32,000 nt of DNA, from the NCBI RefSeq assembly GCF_000406145.1, contig NZ_CM001976.1, forward strand, positions 3,419,263 through 3,451,262. Reading direction: 5' to 3'. Positions 1 to 10,182 of the stretch are shown one piece after another. A program made the translations under genes and the position numbers. The stretch's first letter is position 1; each line of letters opens with the position of its first letter. The DNA is from Dickeya dadantii NCPPB 898. GTDB taxonomy: Bacteria > Pseudomonadota > Gammaproteobacteria > Enterobacterales > Enterobacteriaceae. The notes below the pieces were generated by a model. That model made no database searches. It was not told where the DNA came from and saw only the letters and a list, made by a program, of their open reading frames with translations.

Positions 1-1761
1 CGCATCCTCCGCCAGCGAAAAAATCAGCGGGATCAATGCAAACCCCAGCGCAACCCCGGCCACCAGCGTATTACGCTGGCTGAAATGATCGCCCATCCAC
101 TGCCAGAGCGGCTGCCCCAGCAAATGCATTTCCAGCCACGGCGCCAGCCAGCAGGCCAACGCCAGCATCAGCAACATCGCCGGTATCAGCAGTAATGCGT
201 CCCAGCCCGCCGACACGCCGCGCCGCCAGCGGTCGGGCAGTTGTTCCAGTAACCAACCGCATCCCAGCACGGCCACCGCCCACATCGGCGGCAGCAGCAG
301 AATAGCGGCCAGATAGGCGGCCATGTGCGGCGCCAGCCACAGCGCGGCAATCAACCCGATCACCACCGTCGGCAACGCGCCCATGATTTCCATTGTGGGT
401 TTGACCCAGCGCCGCAGCGCCGGCGCCATAAAGCAGGCGGTGTAAATCGCGGCGGCCAGCGCCAGCGGCGCGGCGAACAGCATGGCGTAAAGCGCGGCTT
501 TGAAGGTGCCGGTCAACAACGGGACCAGACTGAATTTAGCCTGATAACTGTCGTCAGCGGCGGTAGGCTGCCAGACATAATCAGGCTCGGGATAGTTTTC
601 ATACCAGAGTTTCTGCCATAACCCGCGCCAGCCGATATCCGGGTAAGCGTTATCCAACTGATAGGGTTGCCAGCCGGCGTCCGTTTCCACCAGCAGCGCC
701 CGCCCGCGCGGAGAAAACGTCGCCAGCCGGGCCTGTGGCGCCAGTAAAGCGCTCATCAGCTCGCCGGATTGTTTGCTGGCGAACAGCGAGAAATGTCCTT
801 GAGGATCGAGGGTGGCGAACACGCGACGACGCGGCTCAATTACCAGTTGCAGCTCACGCCCGACCGTGGGGAAAGCTCGAATCTCGCTCAGACGCGGCCC
901 TTCCGCCGCCGGGGTATCGAACCACTGGCTGACGCGCCCATCGGCGGATTTCACCAGCAACGAATGACCTCCAGCCAGCAGCGCTAACGATAACGGTGCG
1001 GTTCCCGGCAACGTCACCGTTTCGCGAGCGGTAAGCGCTTGCTCACCGTGTTGCCACACCGTCAGGCGGTTGCCGTTCAGGGTATACAGTTGCTGCCCGT
1101 CCGGCGTCAGCAGCAGTTGCTCCGCCGGTTCGGCCAACGCGGTCTGCCCGGCTGGCTGCGCACCGGCGGACGTCAGCGTATAGAGTTGCAATCGGTTATC
1201 GCCGTCAACCATCGCCACCCGCAGCACATCGACTGACTCAGCCACCGCCAGTTGCCGTAGCGGCGGCACCGCGCCGACCGGCAGAAGCGGCCGCTCACCC
1301 AGCGGGTATCGCCATTGCGGCGCGCCAGCGCCGGACAGCGGCATGTCCGGGCGCACCACGCTCAGCGCGCCGTCAGCCTGCCCCAGGACCAGTAGCGGGC
1401 GCTCACCTACGCTCATCGCCACCCGCGTTACCGCCGGGGTTAACGGCACGCGAGCTATCGACTGCCCGCGTTCAAGGGCGATGAATTCGCCGTAACCAGT
1501 CGCATCCACCCGGAACGCCCAGCGCCCGTTGTCGCTGATGCCGAGCGCCAGCGCCGGTTCGCGGGTATCGACCGCCACCGGCGCCAGCGGCCGAATCGAC
1601 GCAGAGAAAAATAACGGAATCACCACATACAGCAGATAGAAAAAGATCAGCAGCAGCGCCAGCAACACCAGCCACCCGCTCCCCACCACAATCCGGCGCG
1701 TCAGCCGGTCGATCAACGCCCGCTGCCTGTCCCGGTAAGGTAAATTGCCTGTGTCTGCCAT
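1..1761 (-). CDS. pstC: Phosphate ABC transporter permease, long PstC-type (N-terminal 587 codons; 3' end lies beyond the window start)
   Basis: Missing from the ORF track because it runs off the window. The reverse frame opens at ATG (complement of 1759-1761) and stays open to base 1. It begins MADTGNLPYRDRQRALIDRLTRRIVVGSGWLVLLALLLIFFYLLYVVIPLF. It has one N-terminal TM helix, a roughly 400-aa hydrophilic domain, then a PstC-like membrane core (FSLVPLLTGTFKAALYAMLFAAPLALAAAIYTACFMAPALRRWVKPTMEIMGALPTVVIGL). The architecture recalls the long PstC of Pseudomonas-type Pst systems. Confidence 0.7.
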   Translation of the reverse strand, partial: MADTGNLPYRDRQRALIDRLTRRIVVGSGWLVLLALLLIFFYLLYVVIPLFFSASIRPLAPVAVDTREPALALGISDNGRWAFRVDATGYGEFIALERGQSIARVPLTPAVTRVAMSVGERPLLVLGQADGALSVVRPDMPLSGAGAPQWRYPLGERPLLPVGAVPPLRQLAVAESVDVLRVAMVDGDNRLQLYTLTSAGAQPAGQTALAEPAEQLLLTPDGQQLYTLNGNRLTVWQHGEQALTARETVTLPGTAPLSLALLAGGHSLLVKSADGRVSQWFDTPAAEGPRLSEIRAFPTVGRELQLVIEPRRRVFATLDPQGHFSLFASKQSGELMSALLAPQARLATFSPRGRALLVETDAGWQPYQLDNAYPDIGWRGLWQKLWYENYPEPDYVWQPTAADDSYQAKFSLVPLLTGTFKAALYAMLFAAPLALAAAIYTACFMAPALRRWVKPTMEIMGALPTVVIGLIAALWLAPHMAAYLAAILLLPPMWAVAVLGCGWLLEQLPDRWRRGVSAGWDALLLIPAMLLMLALACWLAPWLEMHLLGQPLWQWMGDHFSQRNTLVAGVALGFALIPLIFSLAEDA

Positions 1762-1982
1762 GCGTCGCCGTTGTTCCTGCCGTTCGTGAATCTGTCCGTC
1801 CTCTTGCGTTAATCAAGGGGAAGTGAAATTTCCCGTCGCCGACGGGGTAACATATGTTGCCTTTACGCCTGTAATATGACAATGGTAAGTCGATACGCGC
1901 ATTCGCTTTTATCGTCATTTGCGCGCCATAATGAACGTGGATATTAGCTACACTTAAGTCAAAATAGTGTAACGGAGCGACA

Positions 1983-4052
1983 ATGAGTCAGGACAAACTC
2001 TACATAGAAAAAGAGTTGAGTTGGTTATCCTTTAATGAACGTGTGTTGCAGGAAGCCGCGGACAAAACCAATCCATTGATCGAACGGATGCGGTTTCTCG
2101 GCATCTATTCCAGCAACCTGGACGAGTTCTACAAAGTTCGCTTTGCCGACCTGAAACGCCGCATCCTGATCAACGAAGAACAAGGCTCCGCTGGCGAACT
2201 GCGCCATCTACTCGGCAAAATTCAGACCCGAGTGCTGAAAACCGACCAACTGTTCGACAACCTGTACAACGAACTGCTGCTGGAAATGGCCCGTAACCAG
2301 ATCTTTCTGGTGAACGAGCGTCAGGTTTCCCCCAACCAGCAAATCTGGCTGCGCGAATACTTCCGGCAAAACCTGCGCCCGCATATCACGCCGATTCTGA
2401 TTCTGCCGGAAACCAATCTGGTGGAGTTTCTGAAAGACGATTACACCTACCTGGCGGTGGAAATCATTCGGGGCGAGAAGACCGATTACGCACTGCTGGA
2501 AATTCCGTCCGACAAGGTGCCCCGTTTCGTCGACCTGCCGCCGGAAGCGCCGCATCGCCGCAAGACCATGATTCTGATCGATAACATCTTGCGCTATTGT
2601 CTGGACGATATTTTCCGCGGCTTTTTCGATTTCGACGCGCTCAACGCCTACTCGATGAAAATGACCCGCGACGCCGAATACGATCTGGTCACCGAAATGG
2701 AATCGAGCCTGCTGGAACTGATGTCCTCCAGCCTGAAACAGCGTCTGACCGCCAAGCCGGTGCGCTTTGTCTACCAACGCGACATGCCGGACGCGATGGT
2801 GGAGTGCCTGCTGAATAAGCTGGATATCTCCTCCTACGACTCGGTGATCCCCGGCGGACGCTATCACAACTTCAGAGACTTCATCGGCTTCCCGAATATC
2901 GGCCGCGCCAATCTGGTCAACAAGCCGCTGCCGCGCCTGCGCCATAGCTGGTTCAGCCAGTTCCGCAACGGTTTTGACGCGATTCGCCACCGCGACGTGC
3001 TGCTCTACTACCCGTACCATACTTTCGAGCATGTGTTGGAACTGCTGCGTCAGGCATCTTTCGACCCGAGCGTGTTGTCGATCAGAATCAATATCTACCG
3101 TGTGGCGAAAGATTCCCGCATCATCAACTCGATGATCCACGCCGCCCACAACGGCAAAAAGGTCACCGTGGTGGTGGAACTGCAGGCGCGCTTTGACGAA
3201 GAAGCCAACATCCACTGGGCCAAACGGCTGACGGAAGCGGGCGTTCACGTTATCTTCTCGGTGCCGGGGTTGAAGATCCACGCCAAGCTGTTCCTGATTT
3301 CCCGCAAGGAAGGGGACAACATCGTGCGTTATGCTCATATCGGCACCGGCAACTTCAACGAGAAAACCGCGCGTCTGTATACCGATTACTCGCTGCTCAC
3401 CGCCGACGAACGCATCACCAACGAAGTGCGCCGGGTGTTCAACTTCATTGAAAACCCGTACCGGCCGGTCAGCTTCGACCATCTGTTGGTGTCGCCGCAA
3501 AATTCCCGCGATCGTCTCTATCAGATGATCGACCGGGAAATGGCTAACGCCCAGGCGGGTCAGGAAGCAAAAATCACCCTTAAAATTAATAATTTGGTGG
3601 ATAAAGGACTGGTAGATCGCCTGTACGCCGCGTCCAGCGCCGGGGTGAAAATCAACCTACTGGTTCGCGGCATGTGCTCGCTGATTCCAGAACTCCCCGG
3701 GATCAGCGATAATATCCGCGTCATCAGTATTCTGGACCGCTATCTGGAGCACGATCGCGTCTATGTGTTCCACAATGGCGGCGACCACAAGGTCTTCCTG
3801 TCGTCCGCCGACTGGATGACACGCAATATTGATTACCGTATCGAAGTCGCGGTGGAAGTGCTTGATCACAGGCTGAAGGGCCGGGTGCTGGACATTCTGG
3901 ATATTTTGTTCAGCGATACGGTAAAAACCCGTGTGGTAGACAGGGAACAGAGCAATCGCTACGTCACCCGCGGCAACAGGCGCAAGATACGCGCCCAGAA
4001 TGCCATCTATGACTATATCAAGGCGCTTGAGCAACCCGGAGAACAGGCCTGA
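1983..4052 (+). CDS. ppk: Polyphosphate kinase 1
   Basis: A 689-aa ORF, near-collinear with E. coli Ppk ([28 protein letters not shown]...). GGAG lies 6 nt upstream of the ATG. It is followed directly by ppx, as in E. coli. Confidence 0.97.
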   Translation: MSQDKLYIEKELSWLSFNERVLQEAADKTNPLIERMRFLGIYSSNLDEFYKVRFADLKRRILINEEQGSAGELRHLLGKIQTRVLKTDQLFDNLYNELLLEMARNQIFLVNERQVSPNQQIWLREYFRQNLRPHITPILILPETNLVEFLKDDYTYLAVEIIRGEKTDYALLEIPSDKVPRFVDLPPEAPHRRKTMILIDNILRYCLDDIFRGFFDFDALNAYSMKMTRDAEYDLVTEMESSLLELMSSSLKQRLTAKPVRFVYQRDMPDAMVECLLNKLDISSYDSVIPGGRYHNFRDFIGFPNIGRANLVNKPLPRLRHSWFSQFRNGFDAIRHRDVLLYYPYHTFEHVLELLRQASFDPSVLSIRINIYRVAKDSRIINSMIHAAHNGKKVTVVVELQARFDEEANIHWAKRLTEAGVHVIFSVPGLKIHAKLFLISRKEGDNIVRYAHIGTGNFNEKTARLYTDYSLLTADERITNEVRRVFNFIENPYRPVSFDHLLVSPQNSRDRLYQMIDREMANAQAGQEAKITLKINNLVDKGLVDRLYAASSAGVKINLLVRGMCSLIPELPGISDNIRVISILDRYLEHDRVYVFHNGGDHKVFLSSADWMTRNIDYRIEVAVEVLDHRLKGRVLDILDILFSDTVKTRVVDREQSNRYVTRGNRRKIRAQNAIYDYIKALEQPGEQA

Positions 4053-4056
4053 CCCA

Positions 4057-5586
4057 ATGCCTTTAACGAATCACAATACCGAACAACCCCAGGAATTCGC
4101 GGCTATCGACCTGGGGTCCAACAGTTTCCATATGGTGGTCGCCCGCGTCGTCAATGGCGCACTGCAGGTGCTGAGCCGCCTGAAACAACGCGTGCACCTG
4201 GCCGACGGGCTGGACAGCCAGAACCGGCTGAGCGAGGAATCCATCCAGCGCGGGCTGAGCTGTCTGGCGCTGTTTGCCGAGCGATTGCAGGGCTTTCCCG
4301 CCACTAACGTGTCGATTGTTGGTACTCATGCACTGCGGCAGGCGGTCAACGCGCAGGATTTTCTGCGCCGCGCCGCCAGGATTATCCCTTACCCGATCGA
4401 GATCATCTCCGGTCATGAAGAAGCCCGTCTGATCTTCATGGGGGTGGAACACACCCAGCCGGAAAAAGGCCGCAAGCTGGTGATCGACATCGGCGGCGGT
4501 TCCACTGAACTGGTGATCGGCGAGGACTTCGAACCGATACTGGTGGAAAGCCGTCGCATGGGTTGCGTCAGCTTCGCCCAGCAGTTTTTCCCCAACGGCG
4601 AAATCAGCGAGGCCAACTTCCGGCGCGCCCGGCTGGCGGCGGCTCAGAAGCTGGAAACGCTGGCGTGGGAATACCGTATCTACGGCTGGGACTATGCTTT
4701 GGGCGCCTCCGGCACCATCAAGGCCACCTGCGAAATTTTGGTGGCGATGGGGGAAAAGGACGGGCTGATCACCCCGGAACGGCTGGAAATGCTGCGCGAA
4801 CGCATCCTGCAATTCAAAAACTTCCGCGCGGTTAGCCTGCCCGGTCTGACCGAAGATCGTCAGAGCGTGCTGGTGCCGGGCTTCGCCATCCTGTGCGGCG
4901 TGTTCGACGCGCTCGCAATCAAGGAGCTACGCCTGTCGGACGGCGCCCTGCGCGAGGGGGTGCTGTACGAAATGGAGGGCCGCTTCCGCCATCAGGATAT
5001 CCGCATCCGTACCGCGCAAAGTCTGGCCAGCCACTACAATATCGACCGGGAACAGGCGAAACGCGTGCGGGAAACCGCTGAACAGCTTTATGCCCAATGG
5101 GCGCAGCAGAATCCGTCGCTGGTGCACCCGCAGTTGGGAGCGCTGCTGAAATGGGCGTCCATGCTGCATGAGGTAGGGCTGGGCATTAACCATAGCGGTA
5201 TGCATCGTCATTCGGCCTACATTCTGCAAAACACCAACCTGCCGGGTTTCAATCAGGAGCAGCAGCAGTTGCTGGCCCTGACGGTGCGGCTGCATCGCAA
5301 AGCCGTCAAGCTGGAGGAGTTGCCGCGCTTTAACCTGTTCAAGAAGAAGCAGTACCTGCCGATGGTGCAGCTGTTGCGCCTCGCTACCCTGCTGAACAAC
5401 CAACGCCAGGCCACCACCACGCCGAAAACGCTGCGCCTTATCGCCAGCGAAACCGCGTGGACGCTGATCTTCCCGCAAGGGTTCTTCAACCAGAACATGC
5501 TGGTGCAGCTTGATCTGGAACGGGAACAGCAGTACTGGGAAGACGTTAGCGGCTGGAAATTGCACATCGAAGAAGAGCTGGTCTGA
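4057..5586 (+). CDS. ppx: Exopolyphosphatase
   Basis: The ORF-track start at 4000 overlaps ppk. The internal ATG at 4057 gives [31 protein letters not shown], which aligns with the E. coli Ppx N-terminus (…[21 protein letters not shown]). It starts 4 nt after the ppk stop. Confidence 0.95.
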   Translation: MPLTNHNTEQPQEFAAIDLGSNSFHMVVARVVNGALQVLSRLKQRVHLADGLDSQNRLSEESIQRGLSCLALFAERLQGFPATNVSIVGTHALRQAVNAQDFLRRAARIIPYPIEIISGHEEARLIFMGVEHTQPEKGRKLVIDIGGGSTELVIGEDFEPILVESRRMGCVSFAQQFFPNGEISEANFRRARLAAAQKLETLAWEYRIYGWDYALGASGTIKATCEILVAMGEKDGLITPERLEMLRERILQFKNFRAVSLPGLTEDRQSVLVPGFAILCGVFDALAIKELRLSDGALREGVLYEMEGRFRHQDIRIRTAQSLASHYNIDREQAKRVRETAEQLYAQWAQQNPSLVHPQLGALLKWASMLHEVGLGINHSGMHRHSAYILQNTNLPGFNQEQQQLLALTVRLHRKAVKLEELPRFNLFKKKQYLPMVQLLRLATLLNNQRQATTTPKTLRLIASETAWTLIFPQGFFNQNMLVQLDLEREQQYWEDVSGWKLHIEEELV

Positions 5587-5802
5587 CTGTTTTCCAGGCC
5601 GGCGGCGCCTTTGGGTTTGCTGTCCGGCCTGTTATTACGGTGTCTTTGCTTTTTTCCGTGATATCCATCACGGAATTATCCTCAACAGCACGTCTGGCTA
5701 CCCTCCTCCGCGCTTTTTGTCCCACTCACGTTGACCATCCCGTAGGCTTGTGCCTAAATAAAATACAGCGAATGTCCGCGATAAACAGGAAAACGAAGAA
5801 TC

Positions 5803-6018
5803 ATGGCCACTATTACTCATAAACGGCGCATAGCCCTGCGTCAGCGACGACGATCCGGTACGCGCATAGCCCGTACTGTACTGATGATTAGTTTTATTAT
5901 TCTGCTTGGTCGTTTTGCCTATTCCGCCATCGGCGCTTTTCTCCATCACCAGAACACACAGCAACCACGTGTCGAACAACCTGTCGCCTCAACGAGTGTG
6001 ACTCCCCAACGCGAATAG
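5803..6018 (+). CDS. yfgG: Small single-pass membrane protein, YfgG/DUF2633-like
   Basis: A 71-aa ORF with a basic N-terminus, one TM segment and an HHQ motif (RTVLMISFIILLGRFAYSAIGAFLHHQ). This resembles my recollection of E. coli YfgG, which also sits near ppx. The Shine-Dalgarno signal is weak. Confidence 0.55.
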   Translation: MATITHKRRIALRQRRRSGTRIARTVLMISFIILLGRFAYSAIGAFLHHQNTQQPRVEQPVASTSVTPQRE

Positions 6019-6182
6019 CATCCGCCCTCGGTGATGCTGTTGATGTCGTGACATATTAACGAAAGCTATTGCCCCAGAGCCGTAGCCGGGTGACGTTATG
6101 CTTTTTACGCCCCCGCACGTTCCATCCGCGCATTTCATGCCATACTCAAAATTCGGTTTCATATTGAAAACAGAGGTACGTC

Positions 6183-6449
6183 ATGGCCAGTGGCTGGTCG
6201 AATGACGGTGCAGTACAAGAGCAAATCGACGCGACGGTGGACGATGCCATCGCCCGCGCCCGCAGCCTGCTGCATCAGGGCGATAGCGCAGAATATTGCG
6301 AAGAATGCGGCGAAACCATCCCGCAGGCGCGCCGTCTGGCGCTACCGGGGGTTCGCTTTTGCGTACAGTGTCAGGAAAAGCTGGATAAGAAGCAGGCCGT
6401 CAATAGCGGTTATAACCGACGCGGCAGCAAAGACAGCCAGTTACGTTGA
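6183..6449 (+). CDS. ybiI: DksA/TraR-family C4 zinc-finger protein
   Basis: An 88-aa ORF, the same length as E. coli YbiI and similar throughout (MASGW.ND.AV.EQI...CEECG..IPQARR.A.PGVR.C..CQ...YNRRGSKDSQLR). It carries the CxxC-N17-CxxC motif. Confidence 0.9.
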   Translation: MASGWSNDGAVQEQIDATVDDAIARARSLLHQGDSAEYCEECGETIPQARRLALPGVRFCVQCQEKLDKKQAVNSGYNRRGSKDSQLR

Positions 6450-6497
6450 AAGACGAGGCCGACAATGTCAGCGTGACACCGGGCCCCGCCCGCCGGG

Positions 6498-6926
6498 TTA
6501 CCTCACCACCAGCACCGATGTCTGGGCATGGCGGACAATCGCCGCTGCGTTCGACCCCAGCAAGTAGGTCTTCACATTCGGGCGACGCGAGCCAATCACA
6601 ATCAGATCGGCTTCAATTTCCTGAGCCAGTTCCAGCACTTCATCGCGCGGAATGCCGAAACTGATACTGTGAGACAGCTTGTCCGCCGGCAAATCAATGG
6701 TTTTCATCAAGGTATGCAGTTTCTCATCCGCTTTGATCACCGCCTCATTCTCAAACTCCTTGATGCCAAACGAGTACGCCGACATGAATGCCGACGCGTC
6801 AGGCAGCGCATGAAACAGGTGAATGGTAGCGCCGGATTGCCTGGCCAGCGCCACGGCATGTGACAACGCCTTTTGGGTCAACGCTTCTTCATCAATATCC
6901 ACGGGTACTAAAATAGTCTTATACAT
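6498..6926 (-). CDS. uspG: Universal stress protein G
   Basis: The sequence MYKTILVPVDIDEEALTQKALSHAVALAR...LIVIGSRRPNVKTYLLGSNAAAIVRHAQTSVLVVR matches E. coli UspG (YbdQ) end to end. The second ATG is preferred, from the homolog N-terminus and spacing to AAGGGGG. Confidence 0.9.
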   Translation of the reverse strand: MYKTILVPVDIDEEALTQKALSHAVALARQSGATIHLFHALPDASAFMSAYSFGIKEFENEAVIKADEKLHTLMKTIDLPADKLSHSISFGIPRDEVLELAQEIEADLIVIGSRRPNVKTYLLGSNAAAIVRHAQTSVLVVR

Positions 6927-7136
6927 CATTGCCCCCTTGAGTTAGCCGCCGTTGTATTGAAAGCGTAGTCCCGTTTGCCGCCGTGCGATGTCGTTTTTAA
7001 GCTATTTGTGAAGCGACGCCGGATTTACGCCATAACATTACCAATACAATACAAATGGTTATCCGACGGTTCTTGCCCTCCTCCGGCGTCGGGAGTAGTC
7101 TTGCCTCACTCAGACCATTACCCACGGATTCCGGGC

Positions 7137-7499
7137 ATGACAACACTTGATGAGCTGTTTTTCCGGCTGTCACGCTCCCGTTTCCGCCAGCGTTTTCATC
7201 TGGGCGCCAAAGAGCGCGACTATTGTTTCAGCAAAGGCAAAATGCTGATTGCGTCTCACGCCGCCGATTTTATCTCCCAACGGCTGGCGCCGGCGGAACC
7301 CGCCAACGACGGTAAACAAACCCCGATGCGCGGTCATCCGGTGTTCATCGCTCAGCACGCCACCGCGACTTGCTGTCGTGGCTGTCTGGAGAAATGGCAT
7401 CACATCGGCCAGCACCGCCTGCTGAGCGATGACGAACAGCGTTACATCGTCGAGGTGATTCTGCGCTGGCTCGAAAACGACCTGCTCAAATCACCTTAA
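7137..7499 (+). CDS. DUF4186 domain protein
   Basis: The ORF-track N-terminus (from 6975) looks non-coding. The internal ATG at 7137 gives a 120-aa protein with the hallmark DUF4186 stretch GKQTPMRGHPVFIAQHATATCCRGCLEKWH. The start is assigned by family length only. Confidence 0.7.
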   Translation: MTTLDELFFRLSRSRFRQRFHLGAKERDYCFSKGKMLIASHAADFISQRLAPAEPANDGKQTPMRGHPVFIAQHATATCCRGCLEKWHHIGQHRLLSDDEQRYIVEVILRWLENDLLKSP

Positions 7500-7518
7500 A
7501 ACGCGTTCAGCGCACGCA

Positions 7519-8043
7519 TCAGACCTGAGCCTGCCACTCCCGCAGAATAACCTCGGTGTCTTCCACCCGCAGCGTATTGCCGGGAATGATGAAATCGCGC
7601 CAGACATCGTTATGCTGGGCAATCAACTGCGCCGCACTCACCGCCCGGCGGTCCGCCGTGGTATGGGCATCGCCCGCTATCGTCTGGGCATAACCGCGGC
7701 TGGCGGCATTTTTGATGGTGGCATCGACACAATAATCGGTAGCACAGCCACCTACGGTGAAATGCCGGATATCAAGACGATTCAGCACGTCTGCCAGTTC
7801 GGTGCGGTAAAACGCGTCACAGGCGGTTTTAGTAACGGATATCGCGTTCGCAGGACGATGCAGCGAGGGCAACAACTGCCATGCCTCGCTGCCGGGCGGC
7901 ATATCCGCGTCCGCATGCTGAATAAAAATGGTCTGATCCGCCGCGTCAATCAACCGATTGATGCGCTCAACGACGATATCCTGCTGATAACGCGGCGTGG
8001 CAAACACCCCGTTCTGCATATCAACAACGATTAACACCCGCAT
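7519..8043 (-). CDS. Isochorismatase-family cysteine hydrolase
   Basis: A 174-aa ORF with MRVLIVVDMQNGVF..., a conserved Lys region (ISVTKTACDAF) and the catalytic Cys motif (TVGGCATDYCV). GGAG lies 6 nt upstream of the ATG. Confidence 0.85.
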   Translation of the reverse strand: MRVLIVVDMQNGVFATPRYQQDIVVERINRLIDAADQTIFIQHADADMPPGSEAWQLLPSLHRPANAISVTKTACDAFYRTELADVLNRLDIRHFTVGGCATDYCVDATIKNAASRGYAQTIAGDAHTTADRRAVSAAQLIAQHNDVWRDFIIPGNTLRVEDTEVILREWQAQV

Positions 8044-8179
8044 GCTTTTCTCCAGAACCGATGGTTCAAAGCACTATCATACTGCTTTGCAGGGCATACT
8101 GCTTCGCCGGATGGCCGGTGTAACCACATGAATGGAAATTAAAAGCGAGGTTGAAAACGGGGAAATCAGCGCAAACGAA

Positions 8180-8206
8180 AACGGGCCAGCATAATGCTGA
8201 CCCGTT
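8180..8206 (-). terminator. Probable intrinsic terminator of serT
   Basis: The reverse strand reads AACGGGTCAGC-ATTAT-GCTGGCCCGTT (one mismatch) followed by TTTCGTTTG. It lies immediately 3' of the tRNA. Confidence 0.55.
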
Positions 8207-8214
8207 AAGAATTT

Positions 8215-8302
8215 TGGCGGAGGAGTAGAGATTCGAACTCTAGAACGCTTTCGCGTCGCCGGTTTTCAAGACCGGTGCCTTCAACCACTCGGCCACTCCT
8301 CC
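8215..8302 (-). tRNA. serT: tRNA-Ser (anticodon UGA)
   Basis: The reverse strand reads GGAGGAGTGGCCGAGTGGTTGAAGGCACCGGTCTTGAAAACCGGCGACGCGAAAGCGTTCTAGAGTTCGAATCTCTACTCCTCCGCCA. It has a 7-bp acceptor stem, the anticodon loop CT-TGA-AA, a long variable arm, a TTCGAAT T-loop and an encoded CCA. It is adjacent to yccA, as in E. coli. Confidence 0.95.
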
Positions 8303-8527
8303 GCAACGACGCGAACTATAAACAGTGTGCCGAATATTGTAAAGCGACACATCGCTCAATCGACTGAAAAACAGGCAACAACTAATTGAAAGCGTACAAA
8401 ATCGCCATCAGGCTCAAACTTTTATCGTCAACAGCGTAAAGAAGGGTAAAACGGCTTTAATAACATAATGCAACTACTTACTCTCTTTAAAGACAACAAT
8501 GGCCCCCTTAATAGAGAGAGTCGTTAT

Positions 8528-9187
8528 ATGGACCGCATTATTGCTTCCTCCACACGCGAGCAATCGCTGCTCAGTACCCACAAGGTACTTCGTAATACCT
8601 ATTTCCTGCTGTCGCTGACGCTGGGTTTCTCCGCCGTCACCGCCACCCTTAGTACCGTGCTGAACCTGCCGTCGCCGGGTCTGATCCTGATGCTGGTCGG
8701 TTTTTACGGTCTGATGTTCCTGACCTATCGTCTGGCGGACCGCCCGGCCGGTATTCTGGCTGTGTTCGCGCTGACCGGCTTTATGGGTTATACCCTCGGC
8801 CCATTGCTGAGCTCGCTGATCGCCGCCGGCGCCAGCGACATTATCATGCTGGCATTGGGCGGCACGGCACTGGTGTTCTTCTGCTGCTCCGCCTACGTGC
8901 TGACCACCCGTAAGGACATGTCTTTCCTGTCCGGCATGCTGATGGCTGGCTTCGTGGTGCTGCTGGTGGCGACGATTGCCAACCTGTTCCTGAATCTGCC
9001 GGGGCTGCATCTGGCGATCAGTGCGATGTTTATCCTGTTCTCCGCCGGTGCGATTCTGTGGGAGACCAGCAACATCGTCCACGGCGGCGAAACCAATTAC
9101 ATTCGTGCGACAGTCAGCCTGTATGTCTCCATCTACAACCTGTTTGTCAGCCTGTTGAGCCTGTTGGGAATGTCACGCAGCGAGTAA
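8528..9187 (+). CDS. yccA: BAX-inhibitor-1 family membrane protein, FtsH modulator YccA
   Basis: The internal ATG at 8528 gives a 219-aa protein, [39 protein letters not shown]..., collinear with E. coli YccA. The upstream 20 codons in the ORF track have no homolog support. Confidence 0.95.
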   Translation: MDRIIASSTREQSLLSTHKVLRNTYFLLSLTLGFSAVTATLSTVLNLPSPGLILMLVGFYGLMFLTYRLADRPAGILAVFALTGFMGYTLGPLLSSLIAAGASDIIMLALGGTALVFFCCSAYVLTTRKDMSFLSGMLMAGFVVLLVATIANLFLNLPGLHLAISAMFILFSAGAILWETSNIVHGGETNYIRATVSLYVSIYNLFVSLLSLLGMSRSE

Positions 9188-9214
9188 CCGAGCGCCTGTA
9201 ACAGACGCAGCCAG

Positions 9215-9245
9215 ACAAGGCGCCTTCGGGCGCCTTGTTGTTTTT
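9215..9245 (+). terminator. Intrinsic terminator of yccA
   Basis: ACAAGGCGCC-TTCG-GGCGCCTTGT forms a perfect 10-bp stem and is followed by TGTTTTT. Confidence 0.85.
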
Positions 9246-9352
9246 CCGCGGCATGTTAAAACGGCACGTTTCAAAGCGCGTCATGCGTCATCTTCTGTGT
9301 TCGCCACAAAGTTTGCTAGACTAGGCGCGTTTTCACGTCATACCGAGGCAAT

Positions 9353-9682
9353 ATGTTAGTGTTTGAAGACCGGGTCATCGATACCGATGCCCAGGGATAT
9401 CTGAAAGACAGCAGCGACTGGCAGGAAGGCATGGCCCCCATGCTGGCGGAACAGGAAGGCATCACGCTCACGGATGCGCACTGGGAAGTCGTGCGCTTTG
9501 TCAGGGCGTTTTACCTCGAATTCAATACCTCGCCCGCCATCCGTATGCTGGTTAAAGCGATGGCTCAGAAATACGGCGAGGAGAAAGGCAACAGCCGTTA
9601 TCTCTACCGTCTGTTTCCCAAAGGCCCGGCCAAACAGGCGACCAAAATTGCCGGGCTGCCGAAGCCGGTGAAATGCATTTGA
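9353..9682 (+). CDS. tusE: Sulfurtransferase TusE (DsrC family)
   Basis: A 109-aa ORF, near-identical in its C-terminal half to E. coli TusE ([64 protein letters not shown]). Confidence 0.95.
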   Translation: MLVFEDRVIDTDAQGYLKDSSDWQEGMAPMLAEQEGITLTDAHWEVVRFVRAFYLEFNTSPAIRMLVKAMAQKYGEEKGNSRYLYRLFPKGPAKQATKIAGLPKPVKCI

Positions 9683-9700
9683 ATATTCAGGCGCGCGCCT

Positions 9701-9979
9701 TCAATAGCGAATGGTAAAATCGCGCGCATCGGTGGCGGGGTGCGGCTCCATCAACACCTTGTCCACCCGGGCATGACGCGGCCCACCCTGCTTCAGCCAA
9801 GCCGCCAGTTGCTCTACGGCATCCGCTTCGCCACTGGCGACGACTTCCACACTGCCGTCATCGCAGTTTCTGACGTAGCCGCGCACACCCAACTGGCGAG
9901 CCTGCATTTGGGTGTGATAGCGAAATCCTACTCCCTGCACCATTCCGTAAACCCAGGCAATCACGGATACCGTCGACAT
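9701..9979 (-). CDS. yccX: Acylphosphatase
   Basis: The VQGVGFRY motif and overall match to E. coli YccX support the call. The start is placed at the internal ATG ([12 protein letters not shown]...) because a strong GAGGAGGG Shine-Dalgarno sequence lies about 5 nt upstream of it. Confidence 0.9.
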   Translation of the reverse strand: MSTVSVIAWVYGMVQGVGFRYHTQMQARQLGVRGYVRNCDDGSVEVVASGEADAVEQLAAWLKQGGPRHARVDKVLMEPHPATDARDFTIRY

Positions 9980-10182
9980 CTTTCCCTCCTCAATCGCCAC
10001 CGTATACAGTGTAAAAATGCATCAGAGTTAACGCATTTTTGCCAGCGTTCGGCCTATTATTAATACAATAAAAAGATCGACTGGCTAAGCCGTCCTGATG
10101 AAGATCGCCACCGCACCTGATGACTTGAAAACCACGCGTCATCCCCCATTTAAGGTACGTAATACGTTTCTCGGGAGGTTGT

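Noticed and set aside
1865-1890. A possible Pho box in the pstC-like/ppk divergent region (CTGTAATATGACAATGG on the plus strand; TTGTCATATTACAGGCG on the minus strand).
   Set aside because: Only one 7-bp repeat approximates CTGTCAT and the second repeat is poor. It is mentioned as a half-site only, not called as a feature.
2208-3500. A 430-aa ORF antisense to ppk. Similar long antisense ORFs lie opposite ppx (4927-5565), helD (13505-14161), ompA (19067-20065), mdtB (25604-26527, 26561-27643, 27695-28684) and mdtC (28798-29988).
   Set aside because: All lie opposite genes with strong homolog support. Their predicted products are low-complexity, Arg/Gly/Gln/His-rich sequences. In GC-rich genes the antisense frame lacks stops because the sense strand avoids TTA, CTA and TCA codons, so long open antisense frames are expected by composition.
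4000-4056. Over-extended N-termini in the ORF track: ppx from 4000, yccA from 8468, ompA from 19154, helD to 14698, yccF from 14798, yccX to 10000, DUF4186 from 6975, the reductase to 22753 and mdtA from 24321.
   Set aside because: Homolog N-termini and Shine-Dalgarno spacing support the internal starts. Several of the upstream starts are TTG, and the ppx start at 4000 overlaps the end of ppk.
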